A stretch of DNA of 64,000 nt from Methanomassiliicoccales archaeon. Lineage in GTDB: Archaea; Thermoplasmatota; Thermoplasmata; Methanomassiliicoccales; JACIVX01. Below are positions 38,786-47,138 of this stretch, piece after piece (the stretch's first letter is position 1; each line of letters starts with the position of its first letter). The notes under the pieces were generated by a model that worked only from the letters and a program-made list of their open reading frames with translations, was not told where the DNA came from and did no database searches. The stretch is taken from contig JBEKKT010000019.1 of the NCBI GenBank assembly GCA_050010535.1, forward strand, positions 4,133-68,132, read 5' to 3'. Position numbers and translations under genes: made by a program.

Positions 38786-39792
38786 AATCGTTCTATCTCG
38801 GATCGGTTGTAGAGAAAGCAGGAAAATCGATGGTGGCTCTTGGTATGGCCAAGAACTTCCCTGGAAAAGTCGGATACTTCAGGCCGTTCAAGGAGGCTCT
38901 TGTCTCTATCCACAACCGCGTTGTGGACCAAGATGCCTATCTCATGAAGAAGGCTTTGAACCTGGAGCCGGACGAAGGCACTCTCTGTCCGTGTACCTAC
39001 GATCTGTTCAAAGGAACCACCATCGACAGAGTCACGAAATGTTATAGCAAGGCGGCCCTCGAGGCCGACCTGATGTTAATCGAAGGTACCCGTAACATCG
39101 CCACAGGATACACGCATCAAGTCTCAGGCTTCGCCATCTCCGAGGCGGTTGGAGCCGAGGTCATACTGGTCTCGACTTCAAAGCCGTCCGCGCTCGACCG
39201 AATAGGCATGTTGAAGCGCCTCATGGAGAACTACAAGGTCAACCTCGTAGGCGTCATCCTCAACATGACTGATGACCCAGCCACGGAAGCATTCCTGAAG
39301 GGCAAGGGCGTGAATGTCCTCGGTTCCATACCGACGATCAAGCAGCTGAAGTACTTCCGCGTGAAGGAGATTGCGGAGGCGCTGGGCGCAGAGGTAATCG
39401 TCGGGGACGAGGATGCGATGTACAAGTACGTCGAGGAGGTCACGATTGGCGCGATGACTCCGGAGAGCGCTATAAAGTACATGCGCAGGATTCCGAGAAA
39501 GGCGGTCATCACCGGCGGAGACAGATCCGACATCCAGATGGCGGCGCTCTCGACCGACACGTCATGCTTGGTCCTGACTGGTGGTCTTTATCCCGCGAAG
39601 ACTGTCGTCGCAAGGGCGTACGAGGCTGAGGTCCCGATACTCCTGGCGAGATACGACACGATGACCACGGCGGAACTGATCGAGCACCTCATCGCCAGGA
39701 TCGACCCGGACGATCAGAGCGAGATCGAGACGATCGCGAAGACCGTGAAGGACCATGTGGACCTGGACCGTATCTGGCAGGACTGGGTGTAG
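38782..39792 (+). CDS. Phosphotransacetylase N-terminal-like protein (BioD-like plus DRTGG domains, no Pta catalytic domain)
   Basis: KAVITGGDRSDIQMAAL (DRTGG motif) and LIEGT in the N-terminal domain. The ATGA overlaps the acd stop, which suggests translational coupling. Confidence 0.7.
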   Translation: MKSFYLGSVVEKAGKSMVALGMAKNFPGKVGYFRPFKEALVSIHNRVVDQDAYLMKKALNLEPDEGTLCPCTYDLFKGTTIDRVTKCYSKAALEADLMLIEGTRNIATGYTHQVSGFAISEAVGAEVILVSTSKPSALDRIGMLKRLMENYKVNLVGVILNMTDDPATEAFLKGKGVNVLGSIPTIKQLKYFRVKEIAEALGAEVIVGDEDAMYKYVEEVTIGAMTPESAIKYMRRIPRKAVITGGDRSDIQMAALSTDTSCLVLTGGLYPAKTVVARAYEAEVPILLARYDTMTTAELIEHLIARIDPDDQSEIETIAKTVKDHVDLDRIWQDWV

Positions 39793-39822
39793 GCGAGCAA
39801 CGTACCAGAATAGGTCACCCGG

Positions 39823-42228
39823 TCATCCTTCTAAGGTGACCTCGCTCGTCCCGTCCTCCATTTCCTTCACATTTATCACATGACCCATGAATTCCTTCAC
39901 GTCCTCGATGTGCGTTATCAGAACGATCTGATGGAATTGCTTTGAGAGCTGGTTTAGGGTCATCATTATGCTCCGCTTTCTCGTTTGGTCTTGAGAGCCG
40001 AATATCTCGTCTAGTATCAAGAAGTTGACATTGCTGCCGGCTCGGTCAGCTATCACCCTTGATATCGCGAGTCTCAAGCAGAGGTTGGCCAGGTCGCCTT
40101 CCCCTCCGGAGAATCTACTCATGGGGTACTTTACGCCGCCGTCGAATACGTGGATCTCATAATCATCGTCGAGGTCCATCCCGCCGTACCTGGAATCGGT
40201 GAGATCGGTGAGCAGAGTTGATGATATCCCGGACAGTGTCGGGATGATTCTCGACATCACGTTTGATCGGAACTCCTTCATCACTGAGCCGAGAACGGTC
40301 AGCTGCTCCATGTCCTTCGTCTTCTCCACCATTCCACTCTCGCACGAGATCGTCTCTTCCAGCTGCTCCCTTCGAATCTTAAGCTCTCTCTGATCAAGGC
40401 TGATCTCGGCCTCCTTTGTGATGAGCTCATTCCTTCTCAATTCACGCGCCTGCATCGCCTCTTCATATTCGGCAAGAGCCTTCTGGCGCTCATCTTGCTG
40501 GTATCCCAGCTCTGCTATCTCTGATTCTATGCTTTCAAGAGCCGATCTCGCCTCTTCGACCTGGGTTCCAATTGCCAGAAGCTCCTCCTCGAGGCCGGGG
40601 AGTCGCTGCGATTTGATTCGCAACTCTGTGTATCTATCCTCGACATACTTGAGATCCTGGATTCGGACCTTCGCCGCAGCGAATTCGTTCTCGTCGAACC
40701 TCAGATCCTCAAACCCCTCAATCCTCTTTTCAAGCTCGTGTCGTTCATCCGATAGCTTCTCCAGGTTCCGAGAGAGCTGATCGATCGATGCGGTGAGCTG
40801 GATCCCTTCCCTCTGCTGCTTCTTCAACTCCTTCTTCCTTTTCTCAAGCGCTTCTCTCTTCAGTCTAAGCCTCTCGAGTTCCTTTTCGACCGAAAGCCTG
40901 TCCCCTTCCATCCCTCTCGTTCTCTCTTCTTTATCTTCGATTTCTCCGGAAAGCTTCGCGACAAGGTGTGCGTGATGGTCTCCCAACCGTCTCTCGCAAG
41001 TGGGGCATGGGCTTTCCGGACCGAGGTTCTTGATACTCTCCATCTTCGATCTAGTCTCTTCAGTCTCCCCAACGATCCTCCTCATCTCCGATCCGATCCA
41101 TCCTAATTGCTCTCTAGCCGAGCTCATCTGCTTGTCCGTCTCTTCCAGGTTCTCTTCAACGGTCTTCAGACGGTCCTCGAACCCATCCAAAGGAGCCAGC
41201 ACTTTCTGCTTCTGCGCGATCTCTGAAGCGATTCCAGACTCCTTCTCCTTGAGCTCCCACAAGTTCCTCTCAAGGTTCTTTCTCTCCTCGTGTCTGCGCA
41301 TCTGTTTCTCTATTTCCTCCACTTCTCTTGCCAGTGCCAGATATTCCTCATGTCCGTTTTTCAGCGCGTAGATTTCGCCGAGCTTCTCCTTCAGTCCCCG
41401 GATCTCGGCCGAGAGGTCTCCGCTTCTGCTCTCGAGATTCCTTATCCTCTCTCTTTTCTCTACGGCTCTCTCGTTGACCCTCCTGTGCTCTTCGTCCCTT
41501 CTCAGCGCCAAGTCCCTTCTCTCTCTCGCAACGAACACTCGCCCGTCGAGGGATGCGATTTCCTCTTTCAGGGGCGCGAGATCCTTCTGGGCTAGGTCAA
41601 TCCTCTCCACGAGAACCCCAATATCTCCGGCAAGAACGTCCTTCTTCTGCCTGCCATCCTCCGTGAGCAGCGACCGAGTGGTCATCTCCAGGCTCTTCTT
41701 CATCACTGAGACGTCCCTGTCTATGTCGCTCACTACCTTATCCAGGACGTCGATGTCGAGCATCCGCAGGATTAGCTTCTTCCGTTCGAAAGGTCTGAAC
41801 GATGAGAGTGCGTTCAGTTCCTTCTGTCTGGCGAAAACCGAGATGAAGAACGCCTTGTGGTCCATACCGAGCCGCCTCGATATCTCCTCGCTCACGGCCT
41901 TGTCGCCCCTCGCCTCGGGCTTATCGTTAACGATCAGGGTGGCATCGACCTTCAGGTCCTTGCCCTTCATGGTTCTCTCGAGATGGTAGGAATCGCCTTC
42001 GATATCGAACTCGAGCATGACCCTGCACTCCTCGTTCGGCTCCGCGCCCATCCATCTCACTTGCTCTTTTGTCGTGCGAACGATCTCGGCCTCGTTCCCG
42101 TACAGCGCCCAAGCGATCGCCTCTATCAAACTGGACTTACCAGCACCGTTCGGCCCCACGATTCCGATGACCCCGTCCGGGAACTCAAGTGCGCACTGGC
42201 GGAACTTGCGATAGTTCTTGAGTTCCAT
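39823..42228 (-). CDS. rad50: Rad50 (SMC-like DNA double-strand-break repair ATPase)
   Basis: GIVGPNGAGKSS Walker A, long coiled coils, zinc hook CPTCERRL, signature SGGE and Walker B LILDE. 801 aa. Confidence 0.9.
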   Translation of the reverse strand: MELKNYRKFRQCALEFPDGVIGIVGPNGAGKSSLIEAIAWALYGNEAEIVRTTKEQVRWMGAEPNEECRVMLEFDIEGDSYHLERTMKGKDLKVDATLIVNDKPEARGDKAVSEEISRRLGMDHKAFFISVFARQKELNALSSFRPFERKKLILRMLDIDVLDKVVSDIDRDVSVMKKSLEMTTRSLLTEDGRQKKDVLAGDIGVLVERIDLAQKDLAPLKEEIASLDGRVFVARERRDLALRRDEEHRRVNERAVEKRERIRNLESRSGDLSAEIRGLKEKLGEIYALKNGHEEYLALAREVEEIEKQMRRHEERKNLERNLWELKEKESGIASEIAQKQKVLAPLDGFEDRLKTVEENLEETDKQMSSAREQLGWIGSEMRRIVGETEETRSKMESIKNLGPESPCPTCERRLGDHHAHLVAKLSGEIEDKEERTRGMEGDRLSVEKELERLRLKREALEKRKKELKKQQREGIQLTASIDQLSRNLEKLSDERHELEKRIEGFEDLRFDENEFAAAKVRIQDLKYVEDRYTELRIKSQRLPGLEEELLAIGTQVEEARSALESIESEIAELGYQQDERQKALAEYEEAMQARELRRNELITKEAEISLDQRELKIRREQLEETISCESGMVEKTKDMEQLTVLGSVMKEFRSNVMSRIIPTLSGISSTLLTDLTDSRYGGMDLDDDYEIHVFDGGVKYPMSRFSGGEGDLANLCLRLAISRVIADRAGSNVNFLILDEIFGSQDQTRKRSIMMTLNQLSKQFHQIVLITHIEDVKEFMGHVINVKEMEDGTSEVTLEG

Positions 42229-42233
42229 GTATC

Positions 42234-43391
42234 TCAGTCTGATTCTTCCATCCCCCTGCGAAGGTAGTCCAATCCCATCGCGCGGACCCTATTTTTATCC
42301 GTATTCTCCACGGGATAGCGCTCGAGGAACGAAGCGAACTCCCTGTCGAGCGAGTCGAGGGCGGTGTTGGTACCCTGAACCGAGACGCCATCCTGGATCA
42401 GATCGTACTTGAGCTCGAAGTGCGTCGCCGCTCTGGTCATCTGTTTCATCCAGTTGAAATCAAGCGTCTTGTAGAGTGAGGGCGTGAGGTTCTTTATCCT
42501 CATCCGCACGACACTGCCCTCGAGATCGACAGAGTCGATTTCGTCGCCTATTGCGGTCCGGAGGGAGAGTGAGTCCAGACGCATAGCATCTATCGGCACG
42601 AGGTCGATCATTTCCCTGGTCGTCAGCGAAACGAAATCCCTTTTGCCCTTATCTAGATCTATAAGCAGGAACCCCTTCTCTTGATGTGCCTCTGCGAAAG
42701 ACAGTCTCTCGGTCGATCCCGAGTACCAAGCATTCGGAGCAACCTCGCAAGAGCCGTGGTAGTGACCCAAGGCGATGTAGTCCAGGTCTTTTTTCAGGTA
42801 CGAAGACTGGACGAGGACCTCGTTGAACTCGTTCATCCTGAACACACCAAGTCCGATCACTCCGGCGTGCAGAACACCGACGTTGAACCTCGCATCCCTT
42901 GACAGACCAATGGATTGAAGGTTCCTCGTAAGATTATCGCCGTCCGAATGGGGCACTGCATGGACGACGAGGTCTCCCAGATCTACGGATTCGTACGCCC
43001 CTTTGTAGACCGGATGCAAGCCCTCGATGTGCTCCAGTATCCTGAAAACGCTGCCGGTTTCCTGGAGTCTCGGGGTGGAGTGGTTGCCGGCGATCACGAC
43101 GGTCGGTATGCCGGCTTCCGCCATGCGTCTCAGCTGGTCTAGGACAAAGGAGATGGCCCTGTTCGTCGGTCGGACCGAGTCGAACAGGTCTCCGGAATGG
43201 ACAACGGCGTCTGGTTTGAGATAAATCACACGGTCGACAAATTGCTTGAAGGCGTCAAAGACATCGATCTCTCGCTGGTTCAGACCTGTGCTCTCATCGA
43301 CCCTGCTGTAGGCCGAATAGCCGATATGGGTGTCGGAGACGTGGGCAATCCTCAAATGAGACCCCCAATGTGATTGAGTAACGTGATGCAC
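42234..43391 (-). CDS. mre11: Mre11 nuclease (calcineurin-like phosphoesterase)
   Basis: RIAHVSDTHIG, HSGDLFD, IAGNH and GHYH motifs. The ATG at 43391 adds 12 non-conserved residues; the TTG at 43355 (giving MRIAHVSD) is a plausible true start. Confidence 0.9.
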   Translation of the reverse strand: MHHVTQSHWGSHLRIAHVSDTHIGYSAYSRVDESTGLNQREIDVFDAFKQFVDRVIYLKPDAVVHSGDLFDSVRPTNRAISFVLDQLRRMAEAGIPTVVIAGNHSTPRLQETGSVFRILEHIEGLHPVYKGAYESVDLGDLVVHAVPHSDGDNLTRNLQSIGLSRDARFNVGVLHAGVIGLGVFRMNEFNEVLVQSSYLKKDLDYIALGHYHGSCEVAPNAWYSGSTERLSFAEAHQEKGFLLIDLDKGKRDFVSLTTREMIDLVPIDAMRLDSLSLRTAIGDEIDSVDLEGSVVRMRIKNLTPSLYKTLDFNWMKQMTRAATHFELKYDLIQDGVSVQGTNTALDSLDREFASFLERYPVENTDKNRVRAMGLDYLRRGMEESD

Positions 43392-43452
43392 TCTGTGAAT
43401 TGGAAACCGTCACCGGCGCTTAGGTTCCGAGCCACGCGAACTTCTTCCTTCA

Positions 43453-43596
43453 TCACTTCTCTCCGTCGTCCATGGTTCCCTTGCTGAGAATCTCCGCCAT
43501 CTTGCTGTGCGCTGATGTTGTGACCTTCCACAGAATGTACGCGACTATCGCACCGACCACGACGATCGCTATCAGCGGTAATGATAATGCTTCCAC
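43453..43596 (-). CDS. Possible small membrane protein (47 aa, GTG start), below the ORF-track size cutoff
   Basis: Manual translation gives (M)EALSLPLIAIVVVGAIVAYILWKVTTSAHSKMAEILSKGTMDDGEK, with one clear TM helix. It lies directly upstream of mre11 on the same strand. Confidence 0.3.
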   Translation of the reverse strand: MEALSLPLIAIVVVGAIVAYILWKVTTSAHSKMAEILSKGTMDDGEK

Positions 43597-43709
43597 TGTG
43601 CAAAAGGGTTGTGCCTAGAATGGCGACAATGTTCGATATGGATCGAAACCTCTTCTCATTTCCTTCTTTTCTTCCCCCAATTTTTCCACAAGAAGATAGA
43701 AATCAACCC

Positions 43710-43771
43710 TCGACTCGGCGAGAGACTCTACTCATACTCATCCCCGACTCGTCGTCGACTCGGCGAGAGAC
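43710..43771. repeat. Two perfect 17-nt direct repeats (TCGACTCGGCGAGAGAC) 45 nt apart, plus a partial third CGACTCG copy
   Basis: Read directly: 43710-43726 is identical to 43755-43771, with CGACTCG also at 43745-43751. The repeats lie in a 328-nt non-coding gap. Confidence 0.9.
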
Positions 43772-43772
43772 C

Positions 43773-43821
43773 CGAAACGAGATCCGCACACGGATCCGCA
43801 CTCGCATGCACACTCGTTTCG
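43773..43821. other. Nested inverted repeats that could form a hairpin within a hairpin
   Basis: CGAAACGAG (43773-43781) pairs with CTCGTTTCG (43813-43821). An inner GATCCG/CGGATC stem lies at 43781-43796. Confidence 0.6.
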
Positions 43822-43924
43822 AACCCGATTCGAAGATTGTCCTAATTTGCTTGAAGGTTGCATCAAGCATGCCGGAAGCATGCTTGAGGGTTTGCTCGAG
43901 AATTGACGTCTCTATGCATTTAGC

Positions 43925-44644
43925 TTATCTCAAAGACTCGTCGCCGTCATAAAAGCCCACATCTATGTGCGTACCGTCGCAGAAGGGCTTGTTCTTGGAC
44001 GACCCGCCGCATCGACACAACGTAACTCTATTACGAACCTCATAAGTGCTGCCATCGGACGATTCGACAGTTACTCCGCCCTTCAGCCATATCGGGCCGC
44101 TTACCTTGTTCTGAGGATCCTCGATTAGGCTTATTGACTGTTCAAACTCTTTCTCTATTACCTTTCCGGTTCTTTTGTCGTACTCAACTAGTCTTCCTGA
44201 GGGGCAGTTGCAAGCTTCTTCAATTGCCAATTCCCTGACCTTCGGGTCATCAGAATGATGGGTAAGTTCCCATGTCCCTCCGCCTCTGTGGCAAAATCTC
44301 GCAGCAGAACAAAGCGCAGGAGCATCTTTCAGCCTCAATGTAGGCCCGTTCATAACCTGGGCCTGTTTGTCAAATGGCTCTCCGCTTGCTGTTTCAGTGC
44401 CATCAAACCCGACCTTTGCATGTGTGCCATCGCAGAATGGTTTGTCTTTCGACTGCCCGCAGCGACACAGTGCGCACGGCTTGTTGGACGGCATGTCTCT
44501 TCCCTTGACCCACTTTTCTGGTTCGCCTTCCTTTCCTATAATTTGTATGTCTATTGGCAAGCCTCCTGAGACCAAATAGGGGCCATCCTTTGTAATCATT
44601 ATCTTGGCATCTTTCCGCATACGTAAGAAATGTGAGAGAGACAT
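43925..44644 (-). CDS. CDGSH-type iron-sulfur domain protein (two CDGSH motifs flanking a Cys-rich middle domain)
   Basis: CRCGQSKDKPFCDGTH and CRCGGSSKNKPFCDGTH, with a middle segment CSAARFCHRGGG...CNCPSGRL. The start is ambiguous among M1, M9 and M16. Confidence 0.85.
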   Translation of the reverse strand: MSLSHFLRMRKDAKIMITKDGPYLVSGGLPIDIQIIGKEGEPEKWVKGRDMPSNKPCALCRCGQSKDKPFCDGTHAKVGFDGTETASGEPFDKQAQVMNGPTLRLKDAPALCSAARFCHRGGGTWELTHHSDDPKVRELAIEEACNCPSGRLVEYDKRTGKVIEKEFEQSISLIEDPQNKVSGPIWLKGGVTVESSDGSTYEVRNRVTLCRCGGSSKNKPFCDGTHIDVGFYDGDESLR

Positions 44645-44749
44645 AATATAATACCTGTTGAACGAGGACCGGACCTCCTCAGAGCTGCACTCTCTTGTCG
44701 CAAGGTGCCTCTGAATGCATTTCTAGTTTGGTGTTAATGAGGGCGATAG

Positions 44750-44759
44750 AAAAAAAAAA
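44750..44759 (-). terminator. T10 tract on the minus strand (A10 on the plus strand), candidate archaeal terminator between two minus-strand genes
   Basis: AAAAAAAAAA at 44750-44759, 177 nt downstream of the stop at 44936 and about 100 nt upstream of the CDGSH start. Confidence 0.4.
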
Positions 44760-44935
44760 GGAAATGGGTTTCGGCAGGAAAGCCGATTGAAGCAGAAAGT
44801 GCGTTATTGAGCGATTTTCTGTGCCGACCGGCTAGACGTAGTTACAAATCTGGGCGGAGGCGAACGCCCATCCTTGTTGCCGCAAGAGAAGATCGGAGTC
44901 TCCTCTGTGGATGGACTATTTGGGTCAGTCGAGCA

Positions 44936-45235
44936 TCAAGGTTTCGATGCAATTCTCATCTGACCCGACCGGTCGACGATCTTAGCCAGGTGAACCAGCG
45001 TGGCGAGACCGCGATACTCACAGACCATCCCACTGACAAGGCAGTTGTCGCAGGTGAGATTACGCAGAGTCTCCTCGTCTGCTCCGTAAGCGTCGAAAGT
45101 GCAGCCATCTGGGCGCATCGATTCTTTCGTGTTCATGGTGATCGACTGCTCCAGTATTGCTGCGCGTATATATTGTTGACACCGAACGGCGTGACCGGCG
45201 GCGTAGGAACAAGTGAGTCGTCTCCCCCCCCACAT
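44936..45235 (-). CDS. Hypothetical cysteine-rich protein. Boundaries are uncertain, and a G8 homopolymer follows the proposed start.
   Basis: MWGGRRLTCSYAAGHAVRCQQYI...DGCTFD...LTCDNCLVSGMVCEY. The track ORF extends to 45487 but would then overlap the FtsZ-like gene. The opposite-strand ORF 44807..45268 looks less protein-like. Confidence 0.35.
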   Translation of the reverse strand: MWGGRRLTCSYAAGHAVRCQQYIRAAILEQSITMNTKESMRPDGCTFDAYGADEETLRNLTCDNCLVSGMVCEYRGLATLVHLAKIVDRSGQMRIASKP

Positions 45236-45326
45236 GATTGCCTCAAGAGCGAATCTATCAAATGCTGAGATTCCCGGATTTATCACGGAAAAAGGTTTAT
45301 CAGCTGTGTCAGGATAGACCTTGGTG

Positions 45327-46256
45327 ATGCGTCCTGAGCAGCTCCCTCTAGGAAACGGCGAAAGGAAGACGAGGCCGAAGATCAAAGTGGTGGGAGTTGG
45401 GGGAGCGGGGTGCAATGCCGTTGCAAGCTCTTGTTTCGAGAGCGTCAGCATTTGTACGGTCGCCGAGCATTTCAAGCGCCTCCGCACTCACAGGACGATA
45501 CTACTGAGCGAGGAGCAGTTGCTTTTCATGAGGGACACGCCGCTGCAAATGATTGCATCTATCGACTACGACTGGAAGGACCTCGTCAGGGATACTATCG
45601 GCGAGGCGGACATGATATTTCTTTTCACTGGTCTCGGTGGGGAGACTGGAAGCTTTGTGACGCCGATCGTGGCTCAGATATGCAGGAAGCTCTGCCGGAT
45701 GGTCGTCGCCTCAATCGCACTCCCATTCTCTGTCGAGGGGTCGCAGAGGAAGAAGGTGGCGATAGGCGGGCTGTCCCATCTCCTCGGGACGTCCGACATG
45801 GCGATAACCTACCCGAACGACTCTCTTCTCAAGATTGCCCCGAATCTTCCGCTCGTGAGCGCCTTCAGCGTGATGGATAGCTTAATGATGATCCCTCCTG
45901 CAGAGATAGAGAAAGTGATCACTGTAGAGGGCATCCATGTCCTGCGGACCAGCTTCGCTGGCGCCAAGCACACGAGGTTTGGAATCGGTGTCGGGGAGGG
46001 GGACGAAAGGGAGCTAAAGGCAGTGTATGAGGCGTTCAAATCGCCCTGGTTCAATTTCGATCTCTCGAATGTCGGCGTCGCGATGGTCATAGCTTCTGCA
46101 TCCGATATCGACGAATCGACGGTCCGGAAGGTGGTCGGGGACGTGTCCTATCGCCTGCCGGACTCGAAAGTATTCTACGCTGGAAGGTCGGATCAGTCCC
46201 TTGGGGACAAGCTGAGAGTCTCTCTGCTGCTCGGCCAGGCGGGAAATCAGGCATAG
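45327..46256 (+). CDS. Divergent FtsZ/tubulin-superfamily paralogue with a degenerate GTP-binding signature and no recognisable T7 loop
   Basis: IKVVGVGGAGCNAV (T1-like), GLGGETGSFVTP in place of GGGTGTGAAP, ALPFSVEGSQRKK and YPNDSLL. No NxDxxD synergy-loop motif and no C-terminal tail. 309 aa from the ATG at 45327; TTG and GTG codons lie just upstream. Confidence 0.7.
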   Translation: MRPEQLPLGNGERKTRPKIKVVGVGGAGCNAVASSCFESVSICTVAEHFKRLRTHRTILLSEEQLLFMRDTPLQMIASIDYDWKDLVRDTIGEADMIFLFTGLGGETGSFVTPIVAQICRKLCRMVVASIALPFSVEGSQRKKVAIGGLSHLLGTSDMAITYPNDSLLKIAPNLPLVSAFSVMDSLMMIPPAEIEKVITVEGIHVLRTSFAGAKHTRFGIGVGEGDERELKAVYEAFKSPWFNFDLSNVGVAMVIASASDIDESTVRKVVGDVSYRLPDSKVFYAGRSDQSLGDKLRVSLLLGQAGNQA

Positions 46257-46289
46257 TCTCTCTCGGTCAGCATATGTTTGACATGTTCT

Positions 46290-47084
46290 CTATTCGTCTA
46301 CCAAGATATCCCTCGGCGCTCCGGCGAATCTCACGAGGGCGCGGGCCTCTAAGAAGTGGAGCTCTCCGGGAATGACAAGGGCGTGGAGGGGTGGTCCCAG
46401 GTCCACTGAGACAATGTCCTGCGGATATCCACCGATGATCCGCTCGGTCTCGGAACCTATTCTGGCCCCAGCGCAGACAAGCGTCCGGTTACCGATCAGC
46501 CTCTTGCCGATCCTCTGCTCGGCCTCGATCAACCATCGTGTCCCTTCCGCAGCCGTCATGTATCTAGCCTCCTGCTCCTTTATGTCCAGCAGCACCAATG
46601 TGTGAAGACCTCTATCTCTGTTGTCGAGTATATTGTCGTACGGACTGGAGGGTTGATAACCCGGCTCGGCGAAAGGCAATGTAACAGTCCTGCCGAACTT
46701 ATATGGCTGCAGCCCGAAGGCGGTGGCACATGCGGTCTGGATAGATGCGCCATGGATGAGCTTGGTCCGTATGCCGGCCTCGGTCGCTCTCAGTCTGACA
46801 TCTATGTGGGTCGTGGCCACCATCGGATCTCCAGCGGTCACGAAGGCCACCTTTGACCCTTTCGCTGCCTCTACGACCGCGTCCCCCTCCTCTACGTCTT
46901 TTCTGGTGAGGACTGTGACCTCCTTGTTGATCATCTTTTCCAAATCCTGAACTGATGAATCGATCATCTTCGATGTGAAAAACTCCGCGAACACCCGATC
47001 GCACCCCTCTAGCGCTTTGAGCGCTCTCAAGCTCATGTCCTCAGGGCCGCCGAGCCCTAAACCAACAAATATCAATTCGCCCAA
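46290..47084 (-). CDS. dph5: Diphthine synthase
   Basis: MGELIFVGLGLGGPEDMSLRALKAL...AFVTAGDPMVATTH is the tetrapyrrole-methylase fold typical of archaeal DphB. 264 aa. Confidence 0.88.
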   Translation of the reverse strand: MGELIFVGLGLGGPEDMSLRALKALEGCDRVFAEFFTSKMIDSSVQDLEKMINKEVTVLTRKDVEEGDAVVEAAKGSKVAFVTAGDPMVATTHIDVRLRATEAGIRTKLIHGASIQTACATAFGLQPYKFGRTVTLPFAEPGYQPSSPYDNILDNRDRGLHTLVLLDIKEQEARYMTAAEGTRWLIEAEQRIGKRLIGNRTLVCAGARIGSETERIIGGYPQDIVSVDLGPPLHALVIPGELHFLEARALVRFAGAPRDILVDE

Positions 47085-47138
47085 TGCATCACCGTGCGTT
47101 CCTGGTGCGTCAGGGTCCCGAGGGATAAAGGGGAATCG

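Noticed and set aside
43581-43952. 123-aa plus-strand ORF spanning the mre11/CDGSH intergenic region
   Set aside because: The composition is Arg/Ser/Thr-rich and simply mirrors the DNA direct repeats (STRRETLL / STRRETRN). It overlaps the 3' end of the CDGSH gene and has no protein-like motifs. It is treated as non-coding.
44807-45268. 153-aa plus-strand ORF opposite the Cys-rich ORF
   Set aside because: The translation is Arg/Ser-rich and less protein-like than the minus-strand alternative. Neither is strongly supported, and only the minus-strand ORF is reported, at low confidence.
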